A DNA stretch of 64,000 bases from an uncultured Chloroflexia bacterium (GTDB lineage Bacteria > Chloroflexota > Limnocylindria > Limnocylindrales > CSP1-4). Shown piece after piece: positions 10,643 through 19,282 of this stretch. The notes under the pieces are model-generated. The model did no database searches. It saw only the letters and a list, made by a program, of their open reading frames with translations, and was not told where the DNA came from. Position 1 is the first letter of the stretch. Each line of letters begins with the position of its first letter. Where the stretch lies: assembly GCA_963819655.1 (NCBI GenBank), contig CAWFXA010000001.1:160001-224000 (forward strand), written 5' to 3'. The position numbers and the translations under genes are program-made.

Positions 10643-11558
10643 CGGCGTCGACCCCCGCCGCGACTGGGCTTCCATGGGTGCCGTATTGGGCGAGGAAGAC
10701 ATCCTCGAGGTTCGGCTCGCGGCTGACCACGTCGACGAGGCCGTGCTGAGCCGCCAGCACGATCACCTTGCCGATCGGGCCGTTGACCCGCATGCGCAGG
10801 ACGTCACCGTCGGCTTCGACGTCGCTTACCCCGTCGATCGACGAGAACACGCTCGGCGACACCGGCTGCGCGAACGTCAGCTCGACGTGATGGAAGGCAA
10901 GCTGGCGGATCGTCTCGATCCGGTCGACCTGGACCAGGCGCCCCTCGCGGATGATGGCCACGCGGTCACATGTGCGATCGACCTCGTCGATGATGTGCGA
11001 GCTCAGGAAGACGCTCCGCCCCTCGGTCTTCGCCTCTCGCATGATCTCGAAGAACGTCTGCTGGATGAGCGGATCGAGCCCGGCCGTCGGCTCGTCCAGG
11101 ATCATCAGGTCGGGTTTGTGCTGCAGCGCGACGACCAGGCCGACCTTCTGCTTGTTCCCCTTCGAATACTCCTTGTAGCGCCGGCTGGGATCGAGGTCGA
11201 GCCGCTCGACCAGCTCGGCTACATAAACCTCGTCGACCCCGCCGCGCAGGTTGGCGAAGTACGTGATCGTGTCGGCGCCGGTCAGTCGGTCATACAGGTC
11301 GAACTCGCCGGGCAGGTAGCCGACGCGTCGGTGGATCGCGACGGGATCCTTGGTCGTCTCGATACCGAAGACCTCGGCGCGCCCCGCGGTGGGCCGGATG
11401 AGGTCGAGCAGGACGCGCATGGTCGTTGTCTTCCCGGCGCCGTTCGGGCCGAGGAAACCGAAGATCTCGCCCGCCTCGACATCGAGGTCGACCTCGGTGA
11501 TCCCGCGATGGATCCCATAGGTCTTGGTGAGCTGTTCCGTGTGGATGACCGAGGTCAT
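10632..11558 (-). CDS. ABC transporter ATP-binding protein
   Basis: GPNGAGKTT, YSKGNKQK, LDEPT; ATG 11558 overlaps regulator stop. Confidence 0.93.
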   Translation of the reverse strand: MTSVIHTEQLTKTYGIHRGITEVDLDVEAGEIFGFLGPNGAGKTTTMRVLLDLIRPTAGRAEVFGIETTKDPVAIHRRVGYLPGEFDLYDRLTGADTITYFANLRGGVDEVYVAELVERLDLDPSRRYKEYSKGNKQKVGLVVALQHKPDLMILDEPTAGLDPLIQQTFFEIMREAKTEGRSVFLSSHIIDEVDRTCDRVAIIREGRLVQVDRIETIRQLAFHHVELTFAQPVSPSVFSSIDGVSDVEADGDVLRMRVNGPIGKVIVLAAQHGLVDVVSREPNLEDVFLAQYGTHGSPVAAGVDADGR

Positions 11559-12037
11559 GCTGGTTCCTTCCTGCCGGTCGGTTCGGCACGGTCGCTGAGG
11601 AAGCGGCCCACGACGGTGGGGACCTCCTGCTCCACGAAGGCAAAGACGTCGCGCAGTTCTTCGAGCCGGCGGCGCGACGCCGGCGGGCGGTCGGCGATCG
11701 CATCGAGACCGTGTTCCGCGATCTCGCGAAAGTGGCGGTAGATGCGGCCGGCATTTGCCAGTAATGAGTCGAGGGCTTCGGGCGGGGCGCTGAAGTACTC
11801 GCGCCGGTCGCCACGTCGCGTGCTCCGTCGGATCATGCCGGCGGTCGTCAGCATCCGAGCCGTTCCGCTGATCGCGCCACGGCTCGCCTGGAGCGCCTCG
11901 GCCAGGTCGGCCGCGGTCTGCTCGGGCGGCTCGCAGATGAGCAACCAGCCCCACATCCGGCCCGCCATCGGCGTCATGCCGTACGTTGCCAGGGCCTGGC
12001 CCATCTCTTCGACGAACGCGCTTTCGCCCTCGGTCAT
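11555..12037 (-). CDS. GbsR/MarR family transcriptional regulator
   Basis: FVE..G.....GM..MAGR.WG.LL...P, wHTH with GDRREYF wing; heads ABC operon. Confidence 0.88.
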   Translation of the reverse strand: MTEGESAFVEEMGQALATYGMTPMAGRMWGWLLICEPPEQTAADLAEALQASRGAISGTARMLTTAGMIRRSTRRGDRREYFSAPPEALDSLLANAGRIYRHFREIAEHGLDAIADRPPASRRRLEELRDVFAFVEQEVPTVVGRFLSDRAEPTGRKEPA

Positions 12038-12060
12038 TGGCTAAATGGTCGTTCATTCCG

Positions 12061-12084
12061 AACTTTCAGTCAATGCTGAATGTT
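12061..12084. promoter_or_regulatory. Inverted-repeat operator upstream of the GbsR/MarR-ABC operon
   Basis: aactttcag-N6-ctgaatgtt, 8/9 match palindrome, AT-rich, 24 bp upstream of start. Confidence 0.6.
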
Positions 12085-12177
12085 GGGAATTGAGCGGTTG
12101 TTGAGGGTGGGGTGGGCCCGGCGGCCGGCCTCCCCGCCCTGCCACCCGCCTCGCATGGGACGAGACGGTCAAATACT

Positions 12178-12368
12178 CGTCCCCGGAGTGTTAGGCGCAC
12201 ACCTGCCGCGAAACCGGTCGTTCGGGGCCTGTCCGGACGTCCAACGGTGCCGGGCCGTGCACGAGGCGTGACCCCGATCCGTCGGCGAGGTCCTGTCAGC
12301 CCGCCGAAGACTCCCCCGGCGAGGGTTTGGCGGAAAGAGGGGGTCCCCCTTGGCGCGAACCGGGGTCT
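12178..12368 (+). ncRNA. Candidate 6S RNA (long rod with central bubble)
   Basis: End-to-end pairing: ccccgg/ccgggg, gtgttag/ttggcgc, ccgcgaaacc/ggtttggcgg, tcgttcgggg/ccccggcga; central bubble; ~190 nt intergenic; hairpin downstream. Confidence 0.5.
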
Positions 12369-12378
12369 TCGTGGGCCG

Positions 12379-12397
12379 GGGTCGCGGGAGGCGACCC
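12379..12397. terminator. GC hairpin between candidate ncRNA and convergent YibE/F gene
   Basis: gggtcgc-gggag-gcgaccc. Confidence 0.45.
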
Positions 12398-13588
12398 TCA
12401 GTCCCAACCGGGCGCGTGCCGCACGCCGCCTCCCTCGCCGATGAACGGCAACCGCCGACCGATCAACCCGACGGCGATCGCCGTCGTCACTGGCACGGCG
12501 GCGACGATCCCGATGCTCCCCACGAGCGCCCGCACGACCTCGACCGCCACGACCTCACCCGACAGGATGAGGAACGGATCCTGGCCACCCGCGGCGAACA
12601 GGACGATGAGCGGCAGGGAGGCCCCGACGTATGCGAGCACCAGCGTGTTGACGGTCGCCGCGATGTGGGATCGACCCACATTCATCGAGCGCGCCGCCAG
12701 CTCCAGACGTCCTGCCCGCGGATCCGACTCGTACAGCTCCTGGACGGTCGCCGCCTGGGTCACCGTCACGTCGTCTAGCACGCCCAGAGCACCGAAGATC
12801 ACGGCCGCCAGGACGAGGCCCCCGAGGTCGAGCTGGGTGCCGCCCATCGACACGAGGAAGCCCGCGGACTCCGAGCCGCGCAACGGCGTGAACCGGGACA
12901 ACGTGTCGAACAGCGAGGCGAGCACCGCGACCAGTGTCAATGAGATCGCAGTCCCGATCACCGCGGCGACCGTCTGCCGTCGCGCGCCCTCGGTCAGCAG
13001 GAACGTCGCGATCGTCACGCCGGTCGCCGCCAGGATCGCGACCCAGGCGGGGTCCCACCCGGCGAGGATGAGCGGCACCACGACCTTGACGATGACCGCA
13101 AGCGTGAGCGCGAGCGCGATCAACGAGCGCACCCCCCGCCAGCCGCCGACGAGGGTCACCGCGAGCGCGAACAGCACGAGCAGCATGGCCAGCGTGGGCA
13201 CGCGATAGCGGTCGTTGACGGCCACGAAGCCCGCTTCCGGGTCGGTCGAGATGTTGACGATGACCTCGTCGCCGACGTCGAACTCGGGTCGTGCTTCGAG
13301 GCCGTTCGGCCCCTGCAGGAAGCCCTCGACGATGTCGCCCCGTTGCGGTCCGCCCGTGATGCCGTCGAGGACCTCGATCCGGACGTCCGGGGTGCCCGGA
13401 TCCGTGGTCGGGATGAGCTCGACGATGCGGCCATGGACGAGCTGGACCGGCGGAAGGCCCGACGGGCGCGGCGCGATGTCCGGCACGAGGACGAACAGGG
13501 CGATGACGATGAGGATGCCCGCCGCCAGGGCTACGGCGTTGCGCCGCAGACCCGCGAACGGGACCTCGTCCGGATCCCGCGCCGTCAC
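12398..13588 (-). CDS. YibE/F family membrane protein
   Basis: GALGVLDDVTVTQ, MNVGRSHIAATVNTLVLAYVGASLP, EVVRALVGSIG motifs. Confidence 0.9.
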   Translation of the reverse strand: MTARDPDEVPFAGLRRNAVALAAGILIVIALFVLVPDIAPRPSGLPPVQLVHGRIVELIPTTDPGTPDVRIEVLDGITGGPQRGDIVEGFLQGPNGLEARPEFDVGDEVIVNISTDPEAGFVAVNDRYRVPTLAMLLVLFALAVTLVGGWRGVRSLIALALTLAVIVKVVVPLILAGWDPAWVAILAATGVTIATFLLTEGARRQTVAAVIGTAISLTLVAVLASLFDTLSRFTPLRGSESAGFLVSMGGTQLDLGGLVLAAVIFGALGVLDDVTVTQAATVQELYESDPRAGRLELAARSMNVGRSHIAATVNTLVLAYVGASLPLIVLFAAGGQDPFLILSGEVVAVEVVRALVGSIGIVAAVPVTTAIAVGLIGRRLPFIGEGGGVRHAPGWD

Positions 13589-13598
13589 AGACCTCGCG

Positions 13599-14114
13599 TC
13601 ATGCGGCAGGCGGTTGGTGCTCGGCCCGTTCTGCCCGCTCCTTCAGCGCGCGCAGGTGCGCCTCGACGCGCGTCTCCAGCGACCGCCGGCCGAGACGGAC
13701 GAGGATGTCGGTCCAGCGGTCGATCGGCTCGAATGTCGCGCCGTGGATAACGCGCGTCCCCCCGGCGATCGGCTCCAGCCGCCACGACCACTCGCTCTCG
13801 AAGCCGGAGCCCGTGACGCGCAGCCGGAAGATCGATTCGGGGCGAGCCTCGAGGCTCTCGACACGCGCAACCTCACGGAGAAGTCCCAGTCGCGTCCGAG
13901 CGGTCCGTGTCGCCGCCGCCGCGGGCCATGATGGCGCCGCGGGTCCGAGCCGGAGCTCCGGGAACAGCATCGCCGATGCCGACGGGTCGTGGAGCGAGGC
14001 CCACACGACGCGCGGTGAAGCCTGGACGAACACGCGGCGCTCCACGAGCCGGCCACCACGCAGGTGGTCGCCGGCACGGCGATAGCCGACCTCGGGGTCA
14101 GGACGAACGGCCAT
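13599..14114 (-). CDS. SRPBCC/START-fold protein
   Basis: VQASPRVVWASL.D start, W.LEP..GGTRV, C-terminal helix LRALKERAE. Confidence 0.75.
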   Translation of the reverse strand: MAVRPDPEVGYRRAGDHLRGGRLVERRVFVQASPRVVWASLHDPSASAMLFPELRLGPAAPSWPAAAATRTARTRLGLLREVARVESLEARPESIFRLRVTGSGFESEWSWRLEPIAGGTRVIHGATFEPIDRWTDILVRLGRRSLETRVEAHLRALKERAERAEHQPPAA

Positions 14115-14119
14115 CGGTC

Positions 14120-15070
14120 TCAGACGCCGATCGGGTGCCAGACCGTCTTCATCTCGAGGAAGGCGGCGATCCATTCGGGGCGTTCGGTGGCTCGATCGTC
14201 CAGCCAGTCGAAACGCGCCTCATTCACGCTCGAGTGACGTCGCGACAGGCGCTTGATGTCGTCCGCTGCGAGCTGCTCGGTCTCGAGTCGCATGTCGTCC
14301 GGCACGCCCCACGTGTCGAGCGCATCGACATCGACATGGCCCGCCAGGACCGGCACGAGCTCCTTCCGGCGGCCGGTCAGGATGTTCACGACACCACCGG
14401 GCACGTCCGACGTGGCGAGCACCTCACTGAGCGTGATGGCCGGCAAGGGGCGAGCTTCGGACGTCAGCAGCACGACGGCGTTGCCCGAGACGAGCGGCGG
14501 CGCGAGACGGCTCACGAGCCCGAGCAAGGACGACGTCTCCGGGGCGACGACACCGACGACGCCCGTCGGCTCCGGGATCGTGAAGTTGAAGTACGGCGCC
14601 GCGACCGGGTTGGCCGAGCCCAGGATCTGCGTGATCTTGTCGGCCCAGCCGGCATACCAGACCCAGCGGTCGATCGCGCGATCGACGACCTCGACGGCAC
14701 GCGCGTCGCGCAAAGCCTCGGCCGCGGCCACCTCGGCGACGAACTGATCGCGCCTCCCCTCCATGAGCTCGGCGACGCGATACAGGACCTGGCCGCGGTT
14801 CATCGCGGTCTTCCCGGCCCAGCCCGGGAACGCAGTGCGGGCCGCCCGGACCGCGTCGCGCACGTCCTTGCGCGACGAGCGGACGGCATTCGCGAGGGGC
14901 GTTCCGTCGGCCGCCGACACGAGGTACGAGCGGCCGCTCTCGCTGCGCGGGAACGCGCCGCCGATGTACAGCTTGTACGTCTTGCGCACACCGATCCGCG
15001 GCCCGGCACCGTTGGCGGACGCGCCATTGCGCGACGTCCCGTTGCCCGAGCCGTTGCGGCCTGCGGCCAT
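14120..15070 (-). CDS. Short aldehyde dehydrogenase-like protein (NAD-binding domain only)
   Basis: KTYKLYIGGAFPRSESGR, WYAGWADK, EPTGVV; no LELGGK Glu or catalytic Cys; coupled to upstream ALDH. Confidence 0.88.
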   Translation of the reverse strand: MAAGRNGSGNGTSRNGASANGAGPRIGVRKTYKLYIGGAFPRSESGRSYLVSAADGTPLANAVRSSRKDVRDAVRAARTAFPGWAGKTAMNRGQVLYRVAELMEGRRDQFVAEVAAAEALRDARAVEVVDRAIDRWVWYAGWADKITQILGSANPVAAPYFNFTIPEPTGVVGVVAPETSSLLGLVSRLAPPLVSGNAVVLLTSEARPLPAITLSEVLATSDVPGGVVNILTGRRKELVPVLAGHVDVDALDTWGVPDDMRLETEQLAADDIKRLSRRHSSVNEARFDWLDDRATERPEWIAAFLEMKTVWHPIGV

Positions 15071-16593
15071 CAGCGGTCCTCCAGGCGAACGTATGCGTGC
15101 AGCCCGTGCATGCCGCCCTCGCGTCCGAAACCCAATTCCTTGTAGCCGCCGAACGGCGACGTCGGGTCGAATTTGTTGAACGTGTTGGCCCACACGACGC
15201 CCGCCTGCATCCGCGAGACCATCTCGAGGATGCGCGAGCCCTTGTCCGTCCAGACGCCGGCCGACAGGCCGTACGGCGTGTTGTTCGCCTTCTCGACGGC
15301 CTCATCGGGCGTCCGGAACGTCAGGACCGAGAGAACGGGCCCGAAGATCTCCTCGCGGGCGATGCGGTGGCTCTGGGCGACGTTCGTGAACAGCGTGGGG
15401 CGGAAGAAGTAGCCGCGCTCGGGCAGGTCGCACGCTGGCTGGTAGAGGTCGGCGCCCTCGGCGACGCCGGACGCGACGAGCTCGGTGATCTTCTCGAGCT
15501 GCGCCTTCGAGTTGATCGCGCCGACGTCGGTGTTCTTGTCGAGCGGGTCGCCCACGCGAATCGTCGACAGCCGGTCCTTGAGCTTGTCGACCAGCGTGTC
15601 CGCGATCGATTCCTGGACGAGCAGCCGCGATCCCGCGCAGCACACCTCGCCCTGGTTGAAATAGATGCCGTTCACGATGCCCTCGACGGCCTGGTCGAGC
15701 GGGGCGTCGTCGAACACGATGTTGGCGGCCTTGCCGCCGAGCTCGAGCGTCAGCGCCTTGTCTGAGCCGGCCACGCCGCGGCCGATCTTCTTGCCGATCT
15801 CGGTCGAGCCGGTGAAAGCCACCTTGTCGACGTCGGCGTGCGTGGCCAGGTGCATCCCGATCTCGCCCGGGCCCGTGATGATGTTGACGGTGCCCGGCGG
15901 CAGGTCGGCCTGGAGACAGACATCCGCGAACAGCATCGCCGAGAGGGGCGTCGTGGACGCGGGCTTGAGGACGACCGTGTTGCCGGCGGCCAGGGCCGGT
16001 GCGATCTTCCAGGCCAGCATCAACAGCGGGAAGTTCCACGGGATGATCTGCGCGGCCACTCCGAGCGGCTTCGCGACGCGGCCGGGGAACGCGTAGTCGA
16101 GCTTGTCCGCCCAGCCCGCGTAATACCAGAAATGGTTGGCGGCCAGCGGCACGTCGACGTCGCGGCTCTCCTTGATCGGCTTGCCCGAGTCCATCGATTC
16201 GAGGACCGCGAACTCGCGCGAGCGCTCCTGGAGGATCCGCGAGATGCGGAACAGGTATTTGGCGCGCTCCCGGCCCGACAGCTGGCCCCAGGACCGGCGC
16301 TGGGCGCGGCGGGCGGCGCGAACGGCCTTGTCGACATCGACCGCGCTGGCGCGCGCGACCTCGGCCAGGGGTCGCTCGGTCGACGGGTCGATGGAGACGA
16401 ACGTCTCGCCGCCCGTGGCCGGGACGGACCGCCCGTTGATGAACAGGCCGTAGCGCTCCTTGAGCGTGACGATGTCGCGCGCCTCGGGGGCTGGCGCGTA
16501 GTCCCAGGGGATCGCCTGGCCGTCCCCGAAGCCCCAGCTGTTCGGGCGCTGGTCGGGAGCGGGAACGACGCTCGTGCTGCTGCGCTCGGCCAT
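15070..16593 (-). CDS. Aldehyde dehydrogenase
   Basis: IIPWNFPL, FTGSTEIG, LELGGK, NQGEVCCAGSR, EEIFGP; CATAAT 7 nt upstream of ATG 16593. Confidence 0.95.
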   Translation of the reverse strand: MAERSSTSVVPAPDQRPNSWGFGDGQAIPWDYAPAPEARDIVTLKERYGLFINGRSVPATGGETFVSIDPSTERPLAEVARASAVDVDKAVRAARRAQRRSWGQLSGRERAKYLFRISRILQERSREFAVLESMDSGKPIKESRDVDVPLAANHFWYYAGWADKLDYAFPGRVAKPLGVAAQIIPWNFPLLMLAWKIAPALAAGNTVVLKPASTTPLSAMLFADVCLQADLPPGTVNIITGPGEIGMHLATHADVDKVAFTGSTEIGKKIGRGVAGSDKALTLELGGKAANIVFDDAPLDQAVEGIVNGIYFNQGEVCCAGSRLLVQESIADTLVDKLKDRLSTIRVGDPLDKNTDVGAINSKAQLEKITELVASGVAEGADLYQPACDLPERGYFFRPTLFTNVAQSHRIAREEIFGPVLSVLTFRTPDEAVEKANNTPYGLSAGVWTDKGSRILEMVSRMQAGVVWANTFNKFDPTSPFGGYKELGFGREGGMHGLHAYVRLEDR

Positions 16594-16627
16594 GCTCGGC
16601 ATTATGTCACCGCCTGCGGCACGCCCC

Positions 16628-17590
16628 TCAGCAGTCGTAGGCCGCCACGGGGTACACCCGCTCGCAGTAGCGGACGTGGACGTGGTCGTCGTGACCTGTA
16701 TGCCAGCGCGATAACCCTTCGCGGATGAGGACCGGATCGTTGAAGTAGATGAGCTTGATGTGGCCGGGCGCGGCGGCACGGATCGCCCGGATGAGCGCGC
16801 GGGTCGCCGCGCGGTCGTAGACCGACGACCGATACGTGAGGCCCCAGCGGCACTGGTTCTCGTCACGCCGCATAGGCCGCACGTCGACATCGAGACCGCG
16901 CTCGTGGCTTTCGTGACCGGCGATGTCGCCGCCGTGCTCGAGGCCGATGTCGCCGATCGCGACCCGGCCGTGGCCCGCGAGCACGACGGGGACCGCCGCC
17001 GCCTCGACCTGGCCGATCGCCGCGCCCGTGCCCCAGTCGGCGGGTCCGTTGCCGACCTGGTAGTCGCACAGCCACCGCCCGAACGACGGCCGCTCGAAAT
17101 GGCTGATCAGGTATCGCCAGGTCGTGCCTTCGACGACCCCGCTGACCGGCAGGCCCGCGTGGCGCTGGAACGAGCGCACCGCGGTGGCGGTCGCGTCGCC
17201 GAAGACACCGTCGACGGTCAGCGTGGTCCGTCGCTTCTCGTTGAGCTGGCGCTGGAGCACGGCGACCGCCTCGCCCGAGTCCCCGGGCCGGAGCCACACA
17301 AGGAATCGTGCCCAGGTCGGGCCGTTGACCATGCCGGTGACCGGCAGGCCCTGCGCGGTCTGGAACGCTCGGACCGCAGCGACCGTCGGCGAGTCGTAGA
17401 TGCCCGTGATGCCCAGGCCGGTCGTGCCGTGATGGCGGAGGAAGCCCTGGATCGCCCGGACATCGGCGCCGCGGTTGCCGGCACTCTGGTGCGGGTAGCT
17501 GGGCATGCCGGCAGCGGCAGTCCCGGCGCCGGCCAGGCTCAGGACCGCGACGGACGCGGCGATCAGCAGGAGTCGGATCCGATGGGACAT
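16628..17590 (-). CDS. Secreted MepA-like (LAS) murein endopeptidase with two peptidoglycan-binding domains
   Basis: Signal peptide MSHRIRLLLIAASVAVL; two PG_binding repeats (G.Y/F...T..AVR.FQ...GL.V.G.V...TW); HESHERGLDVD and HDDHVH Zn motifs. Confidence 0.85.
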   Translation of the reverse strand: MSHRIRLLLIAASVAVLSLAGAGTAAAGMPSYPHQSAGNRGADVRAIQGFLRHHGTTGLGITGIYDSPTVAAVRAFQTAQGLPVTGMVNGPTWARFLVWLRPGDSGEAVAVLQRQLNEKRRTTLTVDGVFGDATATAVRSFQRHAGLPVSGVVEGTTWRYLISHFERPSFGRWLCDYQVGNGPADWGTGAAIGQVEAAAVPVVLAGHGRVAIGDIGLEHGGDIAGHESHERGLDVDVRPMRRDENQCRWGLTYRSSVYDRAATRALIRAIRAAAPGHIKLIYFNDPVLIREGLSRWHTGHDDHVHVRYCERVYPVAAYDC

Positions 17591-17595
17591 GGCCG

Positions 17596-18546
17596 TCAGG
17601 CTACAGGGGTGTCGACGTCGTCCGCACCCACCCGAACGGCCCAGCCGCTCACCTCCGATGCGGTCGGTGGGTCGGCCCCTGGGCGGGTACACGTGATACT
17701 CGCCACGCGGACGGCGAACGACGTCGCGTCGATGATCGCGGCGCGGTCGGCGAGGTCGGCCCGGCCCCGACCGGCCCCGATCCACGCGGCCAGGAAGCCG
17801 CCACCGAACGCATCGCCGGCGCCGACGCTGTCCACGACCTCGACGCGCGGCGGTTCGACGGTCTGCTTCCCGTCGGCGGTCACGATCCGGACCGGCCCGG
17901 GTCCGTCCGTGACGAGCACGACGCTCGGTCCGTCCTCGAGGATCGTGGTGGCAGTGTCGACCGGCTCCTGGCCCGGCCGGAAGAAGCGCAGGTCGTCGAC
18001 GCTGGCCTTCAGCACGTCCAGGCGGCCCAGGAGGCGGTCGATGCGCGCGACCCACGCGGCGCGGTCCGGCGTGGCCGTGGGTCGCGCGTTGAGGTCGGCC
18101 ATCACGAGTGTTTCGGCAGGCATCCGGCCGACGACCGCCTCGACCGTCGACCCGATCGGCTCGAGCACGAGCCCGAGTGTCCCGATGTGGAGCGCCGCCG
18201 GGCGCACGATCGCCTCGACCGCATCCATGCCGAGATCCGGGACCGAGGTGCCGCTGAGGTAGAACCGGTAGCGCACCTCGCCCGTGACATCCGATTCGAC
18301 GACCGCGAGCGTCGTCGGGTCGTCGGTCTCGACGATGAGCTCGACATCGACCCTGTCGCTCACGAGTCGATCGCGCAGCCGACGCCCGAACGCATCGGTC
18401 GACAGGCGGCCGACGAATGCGACCCCCTGCCCGAGCCGGGCGATCGTGCGGGCTGTGTTGAACGGTCCGCCGCCGGCGGTCGCCTCGATGCGCCCGTCCG
18501 GGCGCACCAGCAGGTCGATCAGGGCCTCGCCGATGACGACGATCAC
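17596..18546 (-). CDS. PfkB family carbohydrate kinase (fructokinase-like)
   Basis: VIGEALID, GGGPFNTA, DSVGAGDAF; GTG start 7 nt after TACGAT. Confidence 0.92.
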   Translation of the reverse strand: MIVVIGEALIDLLVRPDGRIEATAGGGPFNTARTIARLGQGVAFVGRLSTDAFGRRLRDRLVSDRVDVELIVETDDPTTLAVVESDVTGEVRYRFYLSGTSVPDLGMDAVEAIVRPAALHIGTLGLVLEPIGSTVEAVVGRMPAETLVMADLNARPTATPDRAAWVARIDRLLGRLDVLKASVDDLRFFRPGQEPVDTATTILEDGPSVVLVTDGPGPVRIVTADGKQTVEPPRVEVVDSVGAGDAFGGGFLAAWIGAGRGRADLADRAAIIDATSFAVRVASITCTRPGADPPTASEVSGWAVRVGADDVDTPVA

Positions 18547-18553
18547 GCCGCGC

Positions 18554-18563
18554 ATCGTAGTCT
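18554..18563. promoter_or_regulatory. Overlapping bidirectional -10 elements serving two leaderless genes
   Basis: TAGTCT (+, 18558-18563) 5-8 nt before GTG/ATG at 18569/18572; TACGAT (-, 18559-18554) 7 nt before GTG 18546. Confidence 0.55.
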
Positions 18564-18571
18564 GCGCCGTG

Positions 18572-19282
18572 ATGAACCGACTTTCGGGGGCGGTGGAGCT
18601 GCTCGACGGCCCGCTCGACGACCGGCGGGCCCTCGTCGGGAACCTGCGCGATCTGGCCCGCTTCAATCGGCGACTGGGCGGCATCCGGCTGACGACGTCC
18701 GCGGTCGACGCGCTGGCACCAGGCTCCGCGCCACTGACCGTGCTGGACGTCGGCACCGGCGGAGCCGACATCCCCCTGGCGCTCATCGAACGCGGTCGTG
18801 CCGAAGGCCGTCTCGTCCGCGTGACCGGCATCGACAACCGTCCGGAGGTCCTCGCCGCGGCAGCGGTGGCCGACCCCCGCATCACGGCGACCGGGGAGCT
18901 GGCACTCCACGTCGGCGACGGGCTCGCCCTCCCCTACCCCGACGACGCCTTCGACATCGTCCATGCGTCCCTCCTCGTCCACCACCTCGAGCCTGCGGCG
19001 GCCAGGGCGCTGCTGGCTGAGATGGCTCGTGTCGCTCGGGTTGGAGTCGTGCTCAACGACCTCGTCCGCGGCCGGCGCTTCCTGCTCGGGGCCTGGCTGT
19101 TGACCCGTCTGCTGCGGAACCGGTTCACCCGCAGCGATGCGCCGCTGTCGGTCAGGCGTGCGTACACGGTCAGCGAGCTCACGGCGCTGCTCGCGGCGGC
19201 GGGTCTCCGTGTCGAACGCCGCTTCGACGGGTTCGCCGGTCATCGGGTGGCCCTCGCCGCGCGTCGGAACGGCCGGTCATGA
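18572..19282 (+). CDS. SAM-dependent methyltransferase
   Basis: VLDVGTGGADIP motif I, FDIVHASLLVHH, DAPLSVRRAYT. Confidence 0.9.
   Translation: MNRLSGAVELLDGPLDDRRALVGNLRDLARFNRRLGGIRLTTSAVDALAPGSAPLTVLDVGTGGADIPLALIERGRAEGRLVRVTGIDNRPEVLAAAAVADPRITATGELALHVGDGLALPYPDDAFDIVHASLLVHHLEPAAARALLAEMARVARVGVVLNDLVRGRRFLLGAWLLTRLLRNRFTRSDAPLSVRRAYTVSELTALLAAAGLRVERRFDGFAGHRVALAARRNGRS

Noticed and set aside
12328-12345. tggcggaaagaggggg resembles the reverse complement of a tRNA-Ser 3' end (att site)
   Set aside because: No TTCGA T-loop or cloverleaf and no integrase nearby; better explained as a strand of the rod RNA
16628-19243. 871-aa ORF suggesting a large fusion protein
   Set aside because: Only the part from 17590 is protein-like; the upstream part overlaps pfkB and the methyltransferase in other frames
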